DNA of 64,000 nucleotides from a virus: IMG/VR virus record IMGVR_UViG_3300023174_000057, positions 32,001 to 96,000 of that record; one strand, 5' to 3'. Shown piece by piece: positions 55,138 to 64,000 of this stretch (position 1 is its first letter; each line of letters starts with the position of its first letter). The notes under the pieces were generated by a model. It saw only the letters and a program-made list of their open reading frames with translations, ran no database searches and was not told where the DNA came from. The position numbers and the translations under genes were made by a program.

Positions 55138-56823
55138 ATGCCGAAGAACGACGACGCCATTGAGGTCAAGCGGGTCGCGCCCAAGGAAAAGGGCGCGAAG
55201 GTGGGCAAGCCCGGGAAAGTCATCGCGTCGGCCATGAGGTCGAAGGTGGCGTTCCCCTCTACGGGCGGCACGATGGGGGGCACGGGCGGCAACTTCTACT
55301 CGCCCGAGCTCTCGACGGACTTCCTTGAGCTCCCGCAGAGCCTCGACGAGAAGCGCAACTACTTTCGGTTCTTCTACCAGAACGATCCCTTCGTCGGTCA
55401 GGCTATCGACCTTCACACCATCCTCCCGCTGTCAAAGACCCGGCTGACCACGCCGAAGGCGCGAGACCCCGAGCTCGCCAAGCGGTCGCTGGACTTCTGC
55501 ACCCGGTGGTCGCGCGAGATCGGGCTCCTTCACCGTCTTCTCGAAATGGTCCACGAGTACAACCTCCTGGGTGAAGTCTTTGTCTTCGCAGAAGACAACT
55601 CGCCGGATATGCCCGACGAGATCACCCAAGAGGTGATCCGCGAGCTCGACGACAAAGGCCAACCCGTCGAGCGCACGGTGCGCCGGGAGGACGCCGACGT
55701 TCGCGCCGAGAAATGGCTCAAGCGCAACTACAGAGGTTGGACGGCGATCCGTGTGCTCCCGCCCGAGCAGGTCCATATGGAGAGCTTCCCGTTCACCGAC
55801 GAGAAGATGGTCGAGCTCATCCCGGACAGCAAGACCAAGGACGTGGTCAACCGCGCCGACATGGGCGACGAGTCCGCCATGCGGATCGTCAAGTCCATGC
55901 CCGAGGGTGTGGTCAACGCCATCCGAGAAGGCACGAACATCCCGTTGAACACGGACCCCGACGCCGGGTCGTTCGTCCACTACATGGCCCAGAAGAAGTC
56001 GCAGTACGAGCCTCGCGGGCACTCGATTCTGCAAAGGTGCCTCCGCACCCTCGTGTACCGGGACAAGCTGCGTCAAGCGCAGACCAGCATCGCGTCGCGG
56101 CACATGACCCCGATTCGGGTGATCTCGGCGGCGGATATGTCTGCGACGGACACGGACGCCCTCCGCGACCAAGTGGATCTCGCCCTCCAAGATCCCGACT
56201 ACTCGATCATCACCAACTTTGAGATCAACTGGAACGAGATGGGCTCGCAGGGGCGCTTGCTGGAGCTCTCCAGCGAGTACGACATGACCGACCGCCAGAT
56301 GTACGCGGGGTTGGGAGTAACAGAGTCCCTCCTGTCGGGTGAGAGCTCTTACAGTGGCGACCGCATCAACCTAGAGGTCATCAACACCCGGTATATGCTC
56401 CTGCGAGAAGTCTTGCAGGACATGGTCGAGGACAAGATGCTTCGCCCGATGTGCCGCCGCATGGGGTTCATCGAGACCGACGAAGACGGTAACGAGACGG
56501 TCATCTGCCCTTCCCTGTCGTTCACGCGTCTGGCACTGCGAGACAACGCGGACACGTTCGACGCCCTGTTCAACCTCTACCAGAAGGGCTCGCTCGACGT
56601 GGACGTGATCTTGGAGCTCCTCAACATCGACCCGCACACGACGCGAGAGAAGCTCAAGCGCGACGTGCTCACGTTCAACGACAGCAAGTTCAACGACGTG
56701 CTGGGCGGGCTGTACGGGGAGGTGGGCCGCGCCCTCGCGGAGAACAGCGACGCTGCCGAGCGGATCGCGGCGGTGCTGGGTCTCAAGTACGCGAAGCCCC
56801 AGACCGAGGAGGGTCGTTTCTAG
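55138..56823 (+). CDS. Portal protein
   Basis: 561 aa after terL; DPFVGQAIDL, LLGEVF, RGHSILQRCL, AGLGV patterns. Confidence 0.75.
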   Translation: MPKNDDAIEVKRVAPKEKGAKVGKPGKVIASAMRSKVAFPSTGGTMGGTGGNFYSPELSTDFLELPQSLDEKRNYFRFFYQNDPFVGQAIDLHTILPLSKTRLTTPKARDPELAKRSLDFCTRWSREIGLLHRLLEMVHEYNLLGEVFVFAEDNSPDMPDEITQEVIRELDDKGQPVERTVRREDADVRAEKWLKRNYRGWTAIRVLPPEQVHMESFPFTDEKMVELIPDSKTKDVVNRADMGDESAMRIVKSMPEGVVNAIREGTNIPLNTDPDAGSFVHYMAQKKSQYEPRGHSILQRCLRTLVYRDKLRQAQTSIASRHMTPIRVISAADMSATDTDALRDQVDLALQDPDYSIITNFEINWNEMGSQGRLLELSSEYDMTDRQMYAGLGVTESLLSGESSYSGDRINLEVINTRYMLLREVLQDMVEDKMLRPMCRRMGFIETDEDGNETVICPSLSFTRLALRDNADTFDALFNLYQKGSLDVDVILELLNIDPHTTREKLKRDVLTFNDSKFNDVLGGLYGEVGRALAENSDAAERIAAVLGLKYAKPQTEEGRF

Positions 56824-56857
56824 CCCTATCCCCCGGCGGTAGGTGGAGCACTCCACC

Positions 56858-57271
56858 ATGAACCGCCGTCGCGCCGACGAGAAGCCCTCCCTCCTCCCGA
56901 TCATGCACCCCCTCTTCAACATGAGGGAGGTGTGCAAGCAGACCGCCCTGTTGGAGGATCACCTCAACAACGAGCGGAAGCGGTGCATGGACTGCATCCG
57001 CAAGCACTTCCTGACCATCGAGGCCCTGCTGGAGGAGGCTGTCAGCCTCGACAACAAGGCCAAGTGGGCCGACCTACTGGACGGCAAGGTGGAGCTCGTG
57101 CGGGAGTGCCAAGAGCGGTGGGTTGACGGTGAGGAGCCCTGTGACATCGCCCAAGATCTCCGGGCGATCCGCAAGGAGCTCACCCCCAAGTGCTTCGACC
57201 TCCGTGAGATGACGCAGGAGTCCCGCCTCGCGAGCCGTGTGGCTTCTCGGTTCCTCCGTAGGGTGGCCTGA
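56858..57271 (+). CDS. Hypothetical protein with C-terminal RVASRFL motif
   Basis: GGAG SD; CMDCIRKH. Confidence 0.65.
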   Translation: MNRRRADEKPSLLPIMHPLFNMREVCKQTALLEDHLNNERKRCMDCIRKHFLTIEALLEEAVSLDNKAKWADLLDGKVELVRECQERWVDGEEPCDIAQDLRAIRKELTPKCFDLREMTQESRLASRVASRFLRRVA

Positions 57272-57272
57272 G

Positions 57273-57815
57273 ATGATCACCAAGCTCGCGATCTACGACT
57301 TCGACGGGACGCTGTTCCGCAGTCCCGAGAAGCCCGATGGTTGGACCGCCGGGTGGTGGGGTAACCTCGCGTCCCTCACGCCGCCCATCGTGCCTGAGAC
57401 CCCCGGCGCGGATTGGTGGAACGGGAGCGTGGTCCAGCGGGCGAAGAGGGACATCAGTGACGGGGACACCATCGCGGTGCTGGTCACCGGGAGGCTCGCC
57501 AAGAAGTTCACCGCTCGCGTGAAGGACTTGCTGGCCCACGCGGGTCTGAAGTTCAACCACGTCTACCTCGCCAGCGGTGGTGACACCGAGTCCTACAAGC
57601 TCCGGGTGATCGGTGACCTCCTCAAGGAGTACCCGACGATCACGGGCGTGGACATCTGGGAGGACCGTGCCCCTCACCTCCAGAAGTTTGCGGACTTCGT
57701 GGAGTCGCAGGGCAAGGCAGCGTTCCCGCACCTCATCACGGTGACCCCCCATGAGCCCGAAGGGCTTCCGAGCCCCGAAAAGGTCGCGAGTCGGTACCTG
57801 ACCCGGAGGCAGTGA
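57273..57815 (+). CDS. HAD phosphatase (Swiss-Army-knife RNA-repair/PNKP-like)
   Basis: YDFDGTLF, WWN, LVTGR, IWEDR; ends KVASRYL. Confidence 0.75.
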   Translation: MITKLAIYDFDGTLFRSPEKPDGWTAGWWGNLASLTPPIVPETPGADWWNGSVVQRAKRDISDGDTIAVLVTGRLAKKFTARVKDLLAHAGLKFNHVYLASGGDTESYKLRVIGDLLKEYPTITGVDIWEDRAPHLQKFADFVESQGKAAFPHLITVTPHEPEGLPSPEKVASRYLTRRQ

Positions 57816-60800
57816 TGTCGGTCGGTCTGTTCCTGCCCTTGCCGAAGGCCCTCGCGAGAGAGTTCCCGTCGCTGGGTGACCACGACACGTCGCCCCCCCA
57901 CGCGACCCTCGCGTACCTCCCGCCTAACAGCGTGGGAGTCTACGACGGCCCGGTGCCCGAGGGTTCGTGGACCTTCAGTGATGTGGAGGTGTGGGGGCTG
58001 GGGGACGATCCCGTGGTGCTCCCACTGGGTGATTCGTTGTCGGGGCGGGTCGCCGCCCGTTACAAGTCCAAGAAGAAGATCGAGACCAAGGACGGTGGCG
58101 AGGCCACCGTGTACGAGTACGGCCCGAGGCAGATCGCCAACCGTCACCGTGAGAAGGCCGAGCGGGTCGAGCACCTGCGGAACCACATCACGGACCTCCG
58201 GGCGCGGGTGAAGGACGACCTCAAGTCAGACGACCCCATGACCCGGATGACGGCCCTCGCCGTGTCCCTCATGGACCACACCTGTGAGCGGGTGGGCAAC
58301 GACGACAGCGCGAAGAACGGTCACTTCGGGGTGACGGGCTGGAAAGTCGAGCACGTCACGTTTCGTGGTGACACTGCGACCATCGAGTACGTTGGGAAGT
58401 CAGGAGTCGCTCACACCAAGACGGTGGACGACGGTCCCACGGTCAAGGCGCTCCGCGAGGTGTGCAAGGACCGGAAGAAGGGTGACACCATCCTCGACAC
58501 GGACGACGCACGGGTCACCGCCGACGAGGTGAACGACTACCTTGCGGAGTTCGATGTCACCGCCAAGGACATCCGGGGCTACCGGGCCAACGACGAGATG
58601 TGCAAGGCCCTGCGGGACGAGCGCGCCAAGGGGCCGAAAGACCTCCCCCGCTCCCGCAAGGAGAGGGACAAGATCCTCAAGGACGAGTTCAAGGCGGCGC
58701 TGGAGCGGGTGGCCGAGACCGTTGGCCATGAAGCCGCCACCCTGCGTTCGCAGTACCTCGTGCCGGGGCTAGAGGACCAGTACGTCCACGACGGGACGGT
58801 CATCAAGTCCCTCAAGACGGCCACCAAGACGGACGCCGAGCGGGAGGACGAGGCCACCGAGAAGTTGGTGAAGCCGTCGCCCAAGGCGAAGCCTCCGCGC
58901 CACGACCTCCGTAACGAGCGCGTGGAGGCCGAGAGCGATCCCGATCTCGACACCGACGACGACGACCTGTCGCTCAACTTCAAGAAGGTCGCCTCCCGTT
59001 CGCTCATCGCCATGATGGCCGAGCGGGTCGCCTCCCGCTACCTTGACGCCAAGCGCGACCGCCCTTCTCGCAAAGAGCGCAAGAAGGAGAAGATGAAGCA
59101 GCGCGAGGAAGAGGAAGACGAGTTCCTCAAGGATGTCGAGGGCGTCAAGTTCACGAACCCCGAGACCAAGAACGAGGTCGGGTTCCGATCTCTGCCTCTT
59201 GACGAGCAGAAGAAGATCCGCGCCAAGTGGCGTCAAAAGCGAGAGAAGGAAAAGTCCGAGGAGGGCGAGGGGGAAGAGCCCGAGGAAAAGCCCGAGAAGG
59301 ACAAGGGCGAAGGGGGAGCGCCCGCCGCCGACGAGGAGGCCAAGAAGCTGGAGAAGGACTACTCCGAAGGTGAGGAGAAGGACAAGTCCGAGGCTCCTTC
59401 CGAGGAGAGCGCGAAGGCCCCCGCCGACAAGCCCTCTGACGAAGAAGCCAAGAAGCCCGAGGAGTCCCCTTCCGAGGATGCCAAGTCCGACGCCTCTCCC
59501 AAGGCTGAGAAGCCCACCTCCGACGCGAAGCCCGACGCGAAGGCTCCTGAGCCCGAGCTCGACGAAGAGGGCAAGCGGCTGATGGGTGAGTACGAGGCTG
59601 AGAAGGCCCGTGCCCAATCCGAGCTCGACGAGGCCAAAGCCGACGAGGCTGAAGCCGAGAAGGACGAAGCCGATGCCGCGAAGGACAGTGAGAAGGCCAA
59701 GGACGAAGCCGAGGAGTACAAAGTTCCTGCCCCTCGTGAGATCCTCGACAAGGTCACGGAGTCACTCTCTACGAAGGCCAAGATGTCCGACGCTGCCGCC
59801 AAGGGAGTGGGCGGCGTCATCTCCGATGTGACCCGAGGTCAACCCAAAGAGGTGGTCGAAGACTTCTTGAAGCAAGCCCCCGAGGTGGCCAACGGCATCC
59901 TCGACCGCGTGTCGAAGGGCGACGCCAAGGCTCTCAACCTCCCCGACGACTTCAAGGACGCTGGGTTGGGCAAGACGTACAACTCTGAGAAGATGGTCGA
60001 GCACCTGACCAAGGTGACCGAGGAGCGAGACGCCTTCCAAGAGAAGGCGACGAAGGCCAAGGAGAAGGTCGCCGCCGCGAAGACTAAGGTCTCGGATGCG
60101 GCCAAGAAGATCCTCGACAACCGTGCGGAGATCCGCAAGTGCCGTGAGTCCCTCCGCAAAAGCGCCGACGAGACCGCCTCAGCGGAACAGAAGGTCACGG
60201 ACGCCCAGAAAGAGTACAACAAGGCTGACAAAGCCTACAAAGACGCGATCTCTCTCGTGCCTGACGAGAAGAAGATCAAAGATGCTACTCGCACGGTCAG
60301 CCGTGCAGAGGCGAACATCAAGCGTCTGAAGAACCAGTCGGACAGCATCCCGGGAGAAATCGAGGAGGCCGAGGAGGAGCTCAAAAAGGCACAGGCTGCG
60401 CTGGAGGGTGAGAAGAACCCGAAGCGAGACCCGAAGGCCATTGAGAAAGCCAAGGCTGCGTCCATCGAAGCCCTCAAGGCGCTGGACTCTGCCAAGTCTG
60501 ACAAGGCCAAGGTGGGGGCGTCCGGGAAGAAGGCCCAAGAGACCCTCGACAAGGCCACGGCTGAGTCCACCAAGCTGGAGGAAGCCAAGAAGGCCGCAGA
60601 GGAAGCCGTCCCCAGAGCCGAAGAGGCTGCGAAGACTGCCGACGAAGCCTACAAGACCAAGAGCTCCGAGCTCAACCGCCAGACGGCCTACCACGTCGGG
60701 ATGGCTCACTACATGGCCACCCAGACGGACCCCACTGTGGGGTCCAGTGACCCGGCCACCCGTCGCACCGAATCGGCCAAGAAGTACCAGAACCTCACCC

Positions 60801-61558
60801 CCGAGGCTCGTACCGAGGGGCTGGAGCGCGCCGACGCCGAGGTGAAACGTCTCAAGGACGAGGTCAAGAACGCCGAGGGCGAGGAGAAAGAGAAGCTCCA
60901 GAAAGAGCTCGCGGTGGTTGAGGCCGAGCACCAAGCGGCCCGGTTCGCGGACATCGTCAACGGCGAGGGGGGGCGCGACGACGATGCCGCCGTCAAGCTC
61001 ATCCGCAAGTTCGGGAAGGACCTTGGGATCGACAACCCCTACATCCAGACGCTTCTGAAGGTCGGGACCAAGGGCGCGAATGCGCGCAAGGCGTTCTTCA
61101 ACCTCGCCAGCAAGATGTCCAACGAGGAGCTCTCGGACCTCGTGGGGGACATGGCTGGTCCCGCCGGGGATCTCCTCAAGAGTGGCGTGAGCAGCCCCGG
61201 GATTCGGGCAAACGTCCTCCAGATCGCTGCGATCACCATGTCCAAGGGTCTCGTTACGGACGAAGAGCTCGACGAACTGACCAAGGGTGTTTCCGGTGTG
61301 CTGGGGGGCCTGTCAGAATCTTCCAAGGGGTCGAAGGCCAAGAAGAAGCTGAAGGAGACGGCTGAGGGGCTGTTCTCGTGGTTCAAGTCCACGACCAAGA
61401 GCCTCCCGGACAACCTCAAAGCTCGCGCCGAGGCAGCGGTCGGCAAGGTCAAGAGCACCTTGGACGACCTCAAGCTCAACTTCGTGGTGCCGGAAAGCCG
61501 CACGAGTCCCTCCCGCGTCGCAGCCCGTTTTCTCGCCTATTCCACGAGGACTAGGTAG
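57812..61558 (+). CDS. Fusion: truncated 2H-phosphoesterase, DNA topoisomerase IB catalytic domain and long acidic/coiled-coil region
   Basis: PHATLAYL; RVGN, YVGKSG, TAKDIR, VGH and RSQY catalytic motifs. Confidence 0.75.
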   Translation: MMSVGLFLPLPKALAREFPSLGDHDTSPPHATLAYLPPNSVGVYDGPVPEGSWTFSDVEVWGLGDDPVVLPLGDSLSGRVAARYKSKKKIETKDGGEATVYEYGPRQIANRHREKAERVEHLRNHITDLRARVKDDLKSDDPMTRMTALAVSLMDHTCERVGNDDSAKNGHFGVTGWKVEHVTFRGDTATIEYVGKSGVAHTKTVDDGPTVKALREVCKDRKKGDTILDTDDARVTADEVNDYLAEFDVTAKDIRGYRANDEMCKALRDERAKGPKDLPRSRKERDKILKDEFKAALERVAETVGHEAATLRSQYLVPGLEDQYVHDGTVIKSLKTATKTDAEREDEATEKLVKPSPKAKPPRHDLRNERVEAESDPDLDTDDDDLSLNFKKVASRSLIAMMAERVASRYLDAKRDRPSRKERKKEKMKQREEEEDEFLKDVEGVKFTNPETKNEVGFRSLPLDEQKKIRAKWRQKREKEKSEEGEGEEPEEKPEKDKGEGGAPAADEEAKKLEKDYSEGEEKDKSEAPSEESAKAPADKPSDEEAKKPEESPSEDAKSDASPKAEKPTSDAKPDAKAPEPELDEEGKRLMGEYEAEKARAQSELDEAKADEAEAEKDEADAAKDSEKAKDEAEEYKVPAPREILDKVTESLSTKAKMSDAAAKGVGGVISDVTRGQPKEVVEDFLKQAPEVANGILDRVSKGDAKALNLPDDFKDAGLGKTYNSEKMVEHLTKVTEERDAFQEKATKAKEKVAAAKTKVSDAAKKILDNRAEIRKCRESLRKSADETASAEQKVTDAQKEYNKADKAYKDAISLVPDEKKIKDATRTVSRAEANIKRLKNQSDSIPGEIEEAEEELKKAQAALEGEKNPKRDPKAIEKAKAASIEALKALDSAKSDKAKVGASGKKAQETLDKATAESTKLEEAKKAAEEAVPRAEEAAKTADEAYKTKSSELNRQTAYHVGMAHYMATQTDPTVGSSDPATRRTESAKKYQNLTPEARTEGLERADAEVKRLKDEVKNAEGEEKEKLQKELAVVEAEHQAARFADIVNGEGGRDDDAAVKLIRKFGKDLGIDNPYIQTLLKVGTKGANARKAFFNLASKMSNEELSDLVGDMAGPAGDLLKSGVSSPGIRANVLQIAAITMSKGLVTDEELDELTKGVSGVLGGLSESSKGSKAKKKLKETAEGLFSWFKSTTKSLPDNLKARAEAAVGKVKSTLDDLKLNFVVPESRTSPSRVAARFLAYSTRTR

Positions 61559-61641
61559 TGGGTGCATCCCGCCGGGAGCCCCTTGTTTCGTACCACAGCG
61601 CCCACGGTGACCCCGGCGGGACCAGAAGGAGACCCCCTCTC

Positions 61642-62265
61642 ATGACCACCACGAAGAAGGCTTCCAAGGCGGGTGTCCGCCGCGTGACGGCGAACCTCGA
61701 CGCCCTCGCGTCTCTGTTCCAGAACCACCACGCCTCGCTGGGCATCCCCAGCAAGGTGGCGATGGACTTCGCCTACCGCTGCGACCTCCTGTCGGACAGC
61801 ATCGACCGCCGCAAGCAAGCGGGCTACTTCAACCCCGCCGAGATCGGTGAGGAGGAGCCGGGTCCGCTGGTGTTCGACGAGAACAACCCCTTCATGGAGG
61901 GTGAGTTCACGCAGGAGGAGAAGCGCACCCTGAGCGAGAAGCAGATGGCGGGCGAGCTCGCGGCGAACGCCGCCGCCCACGTTGCGGACCCCAAGCTCGC
62001 GTCGGTGATCCGCAAGGCCGCGTACAGCGCCGCGATCAACGCCCTTCGCCTCGCCAAGAAGTCCGAGGAGGCTTCCGAGGAAGTGGCCGAGGAAGTGGCC
62101 GAGGAAGAGCCCAAGGCCGAGGAGAAGGCCAAGGCCGAGAAGCTGGCGCGGGCTCGTCGCGCGGCCAAGAAGTCGGAAGAGGTCAAGGCTGAGGAAGCCA
62201 AGGCCGAGGAAGCCAAGGCCGAGGAAGCCAAGAAGACGGCCAGCATTTTCGGTCTGTTCCGCTGA
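61642..62265 (+). CDS. Scaffold-like head protein with EEAKA repeats
   Basis: AAGGAG SD; charged repeats; ends KTASIFGLFR. Confidence 0.55.
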   Translation: MTTTKKASKAGVRRVTANLDALASLFQNHHASLGIPSKVAMDFAYRCDLLSDSIDRRKQAGYFNPAEIGEEEPGPLVFDENNPFMEGEFTQEEKRTLSEKQMAGELAANAAAHVADPKLASVIRKAAYSAAINALRLAKKSEEASEEVAEEVAEEEPKAEEKAKAEKLARARRAAKKSEEVKAEEAKAEEAKAEEAKKTASIFGLFR

Positions 62266-62277
62266 ACGGTGACCGCC

Positions 62278-62832
62278 ATGAGCACGTCCCGTAGGGGTAA
62301 CTACGTCAACTACCAAGCCCGCGCGACCGCTTTCAAAGTGGGCGACCGGGTGTACCCGATTCTCAAGGGTAACCCGTCGAACGGTGGAACCGTTGTCGCC
62401 GTGTGGCCCGCCATCGGGATGGTGGACGTGCAGTACCCCCACGGGACGGCTCGTGCCGCCGTGGAGGACATCCTGATCGACCGGGGCAACTCCATCGAGT
62501 CCGAGGTGGACATCCGGTCGGATACGGTGCCCGGAGGCACGCACACGGTGCCTGTGTCGGGAGGCCCTCCTCTTGAGGAGCGGGAGAGGTCGTCACACCG
62601 CGTGGCGTCCCGGTACGTCAAGCAAGCCATCTACTGGGCGGCAAAGGGCCGTCAGTACAGGCCCAGCCAGACCGAGTTGGAAACGGGCAACCTCTGCTGC
62701 CCCCGGTGCGAGGAAGCCTACCTTCGCAAGACGATCTACAAGCGCGAGGACGGCGCGAGCACGAAGCTCTACTGCTGCCCCGACTGCCTGTTCCTCATCC
62801 GGCGCGACGACATTCTCGGCTTTGAGGAGTGA
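62278..62832 (+). CDS. Hypothetical protein with SH3-like N-terminus and C-terminal Zn ribbon
   Basis: FKVGDRV; RVASRYVKQA; CPRC...CPDC. Confidence 0.65.
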   Translation: MSTSRRGNYVNYQARATAFKVGDRVYPILKGNPSNGGTVVAVWPAIGMVDVQYPHGTARAAVEDILIDRGNSIESEVDIRSDTVPGGTHTVPVSGGPPLEERERSSHRVASRYVKQAIYWAAKGRQYRPSQTELETGNLCCPRCEEAYLRKTIYKREDGASTKLYCCPDCLFLIRRDDILGFEE

Positions 62833-62835
62833 CCC

Positions 62836-64000
62836 GTGGCATTTTTGCGCTACGCCAACGCCCGTACCCTCCACCCGTACATCACAGGTCAGCGGTGGGA
62901 CAACGTGCGCGTTGCCGCCTCGCAGACCCGGATGGATCGCAACCTCGTCGGGCAAGCGTCCAAGATCCTCAACGAGCAGTTCGACCCGTCGAAGTACCTG
63001 CTGTCCCACGCCACCATCGTGGCGTCCGTGGACTGCCTCGACGTGCCCAACGCCCGAGTGGGGGCCTCGACGGTCAACGGCAAGAAGGTCAACCGCAAGA
63101 CCACGGCCTACCGGATCAAGACCGAGTGCGAGCAGTTCATCAACAACAACTTCGACAGTTGGTCGAGGGATGTACTGCTGAAGTCCTACAAGACCTTCAT
63201 CGGCGCTCACAACTTCTTGGAGCACGTCCAGATCGAGAACCTGTCCAAGGGACGGATTCTCGACGCCGTGGCGCGTGACATCGGTGACTCCGTCTACGTT
63301 GACATCCTGATCGCCACGGACCGCAAGCACCGTGAGCTCATCAAGGACATTGAGAGCGGAGAGATGTCCACCCTGAGCATGGGGTGCTCCATCGACGGGA
63401 GCACTTGTACTCAGTGTGGTCACTGGGCAGCGGACGAGACCGAGTTCTGTGACCACGTCAAGTACACCAAGGGCAACACGTTCTTCGACGAGAAGGGCCA
63501 GCGGCACCGTGTCGCGGAGCTCTGTGGGGACGTGACCCTTGACCCCACGGGCGGGGTGCAGTTCATCGAGGCAAGCTGGGTGAAGGTGCCAGCGTTCAAG
63601 GGCGCTGTGGCGCGGAACCTCATCACCCTGTCCAGCGACGACAAGAGCAAGACCGCCAAGCGCATCCAGAACGTGGTCGGCACCCCGGCCCCGAAGGTTC
63701 CCTCTGACGGGTACCTCAAGGCGGCGCGCACCCTCCTCGCGGAGGAGGGTGACGAAGGTGGTGAAGCACCCCCTGCGGAGAGCCCCGCCCCGGACCCCTT
63801 GAAGGAGCTCACGGACGAGGTGCGGAAGTACGTCCTCGACACCGTGAAGAAGTCTCTCAAGGAGGACCTCACCAAGGCCACCCTCGCCCCGGCCATCCTC
63901 CCGCCCACCGACGCCCCCAACGACACGGTGGTCAAGCAAGCCCGGGCCAAACGGAGCCAGTACATCGCCGGGGTCAACCGCCTCGTCCGTACCGCCTCCA
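62836..64000 (+). CDS. Prohead (capsid maturation) protease, 3'-partial (not in the ORF track)
   Basis: Open to the window end; NFLEH...KGRILDA...LSMGC...CxxCG...FIEASWVKVPAF. Confidence 0.7.
   Translation, partial: MAFLRYANARTLHPYITGQRWDNVRVAASQTRMDRNLVGQASKILNEQFDPSKYLLSHATIVASVDCLDVPNARVGASTVNGKKVNRKTTAYRIKTECEQFINNNFDSWSRDVLLKSYKTFIGAHNFLEHVQIENLSKGRILDAVARDIGDSVYVDILIATDRKHRELIKDIESGEMSTLSMGCSIDGSTCTQCGHWAADETEFCDHVKYTKGNTFFDEKGQRHRVAELCGDVTLDPTGGVQFIEASWVKVPAFKGAVARNLITLSSDDKSKTAKRIQNVVGTPAPKVPSDGYLKAARTLLAEEGDEGGEAPPAESPAPDPLKELTDEVRKYVLDTVKKSLKEDLTKATLAPAILPPTDAPNDTVVKQARAKRSQYIAGVNRLVRTAS

Noticed and set aside
57812-58040. Functional Acb1 anti-CBASS nuclease
   Set aside because: Only one HxT motif is visible and 2H enzymes need two, so it is kept only as a fragment.
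62060-62235. GAGGAAGCCAAGGCC tandem repeats as a DNA element
   Set aside because: Explained by EEAKA/EEVA repeats in a charged scaffold-like protein.
63140-63152. AACAACAAC as part of a TR
   Set aside because: It is the in-frame NNN of the protease and lacks the GGCAGTTGG and GGGTTTCG flanks.
1-64000. DGR reverse transcriptase, Avd or full-length FGE target in this window
   Set aside because: I found no ORF with RT motifs (YxDD with QG) and no long FGE-sulfatase protein. These must lie elsewhere if the DGR model is right.

Overview
This 64 kb window is from a large, GC-rich (roughly 65-67% by eye) tailed dsDNA phage genome of jumbo-phage style. It runs from the end of a baseplate-spike gene and an amidase endolysin into a long replication, recombination and nucleotide-metabolism block. 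That block holds NrdJ with an intein, RecD2, SSB, RuvC, RecA, a split Rad50 with Mre11, bacterial-type Pol III accessory subunits (DnaX, HolA, HolB, DnaN), a TOPRIM primase, ThyX with an intein, SpeD, a methyltransferase and tRNA-Tyr. A head module follows: TerL with an intein, portal, a giant TopoIB fusion and a prohead protease. The standout feature is a set of nine 53-68 aa micro-genes: a translationally coupled tandem array at 33287-34556 plus two copies on the minus strand at 2973-3304. Each consists almost only of the C-terminal CLec/FGE-type variable region found in diversity-generating retroelement (DGR) targets. Their differences follow an adenine-specific mutagenesis pattern (inferred template AAC codons become NNC), yet no RT, template repeat or full-length target gene is in the window. 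Other notable signals are a portable 24-aa tag (LRSKVIRLAHxNPxLRPHLLPLLK) fused to unrelated cargo including a sigma-like protein, an ECF-like GGGCGTAA-N7/8-start promoter motif, a 3'-half tRNA-Leu and a candidate structured ncRNA. All functional calls come from motif recognition by eye; no searches were run.
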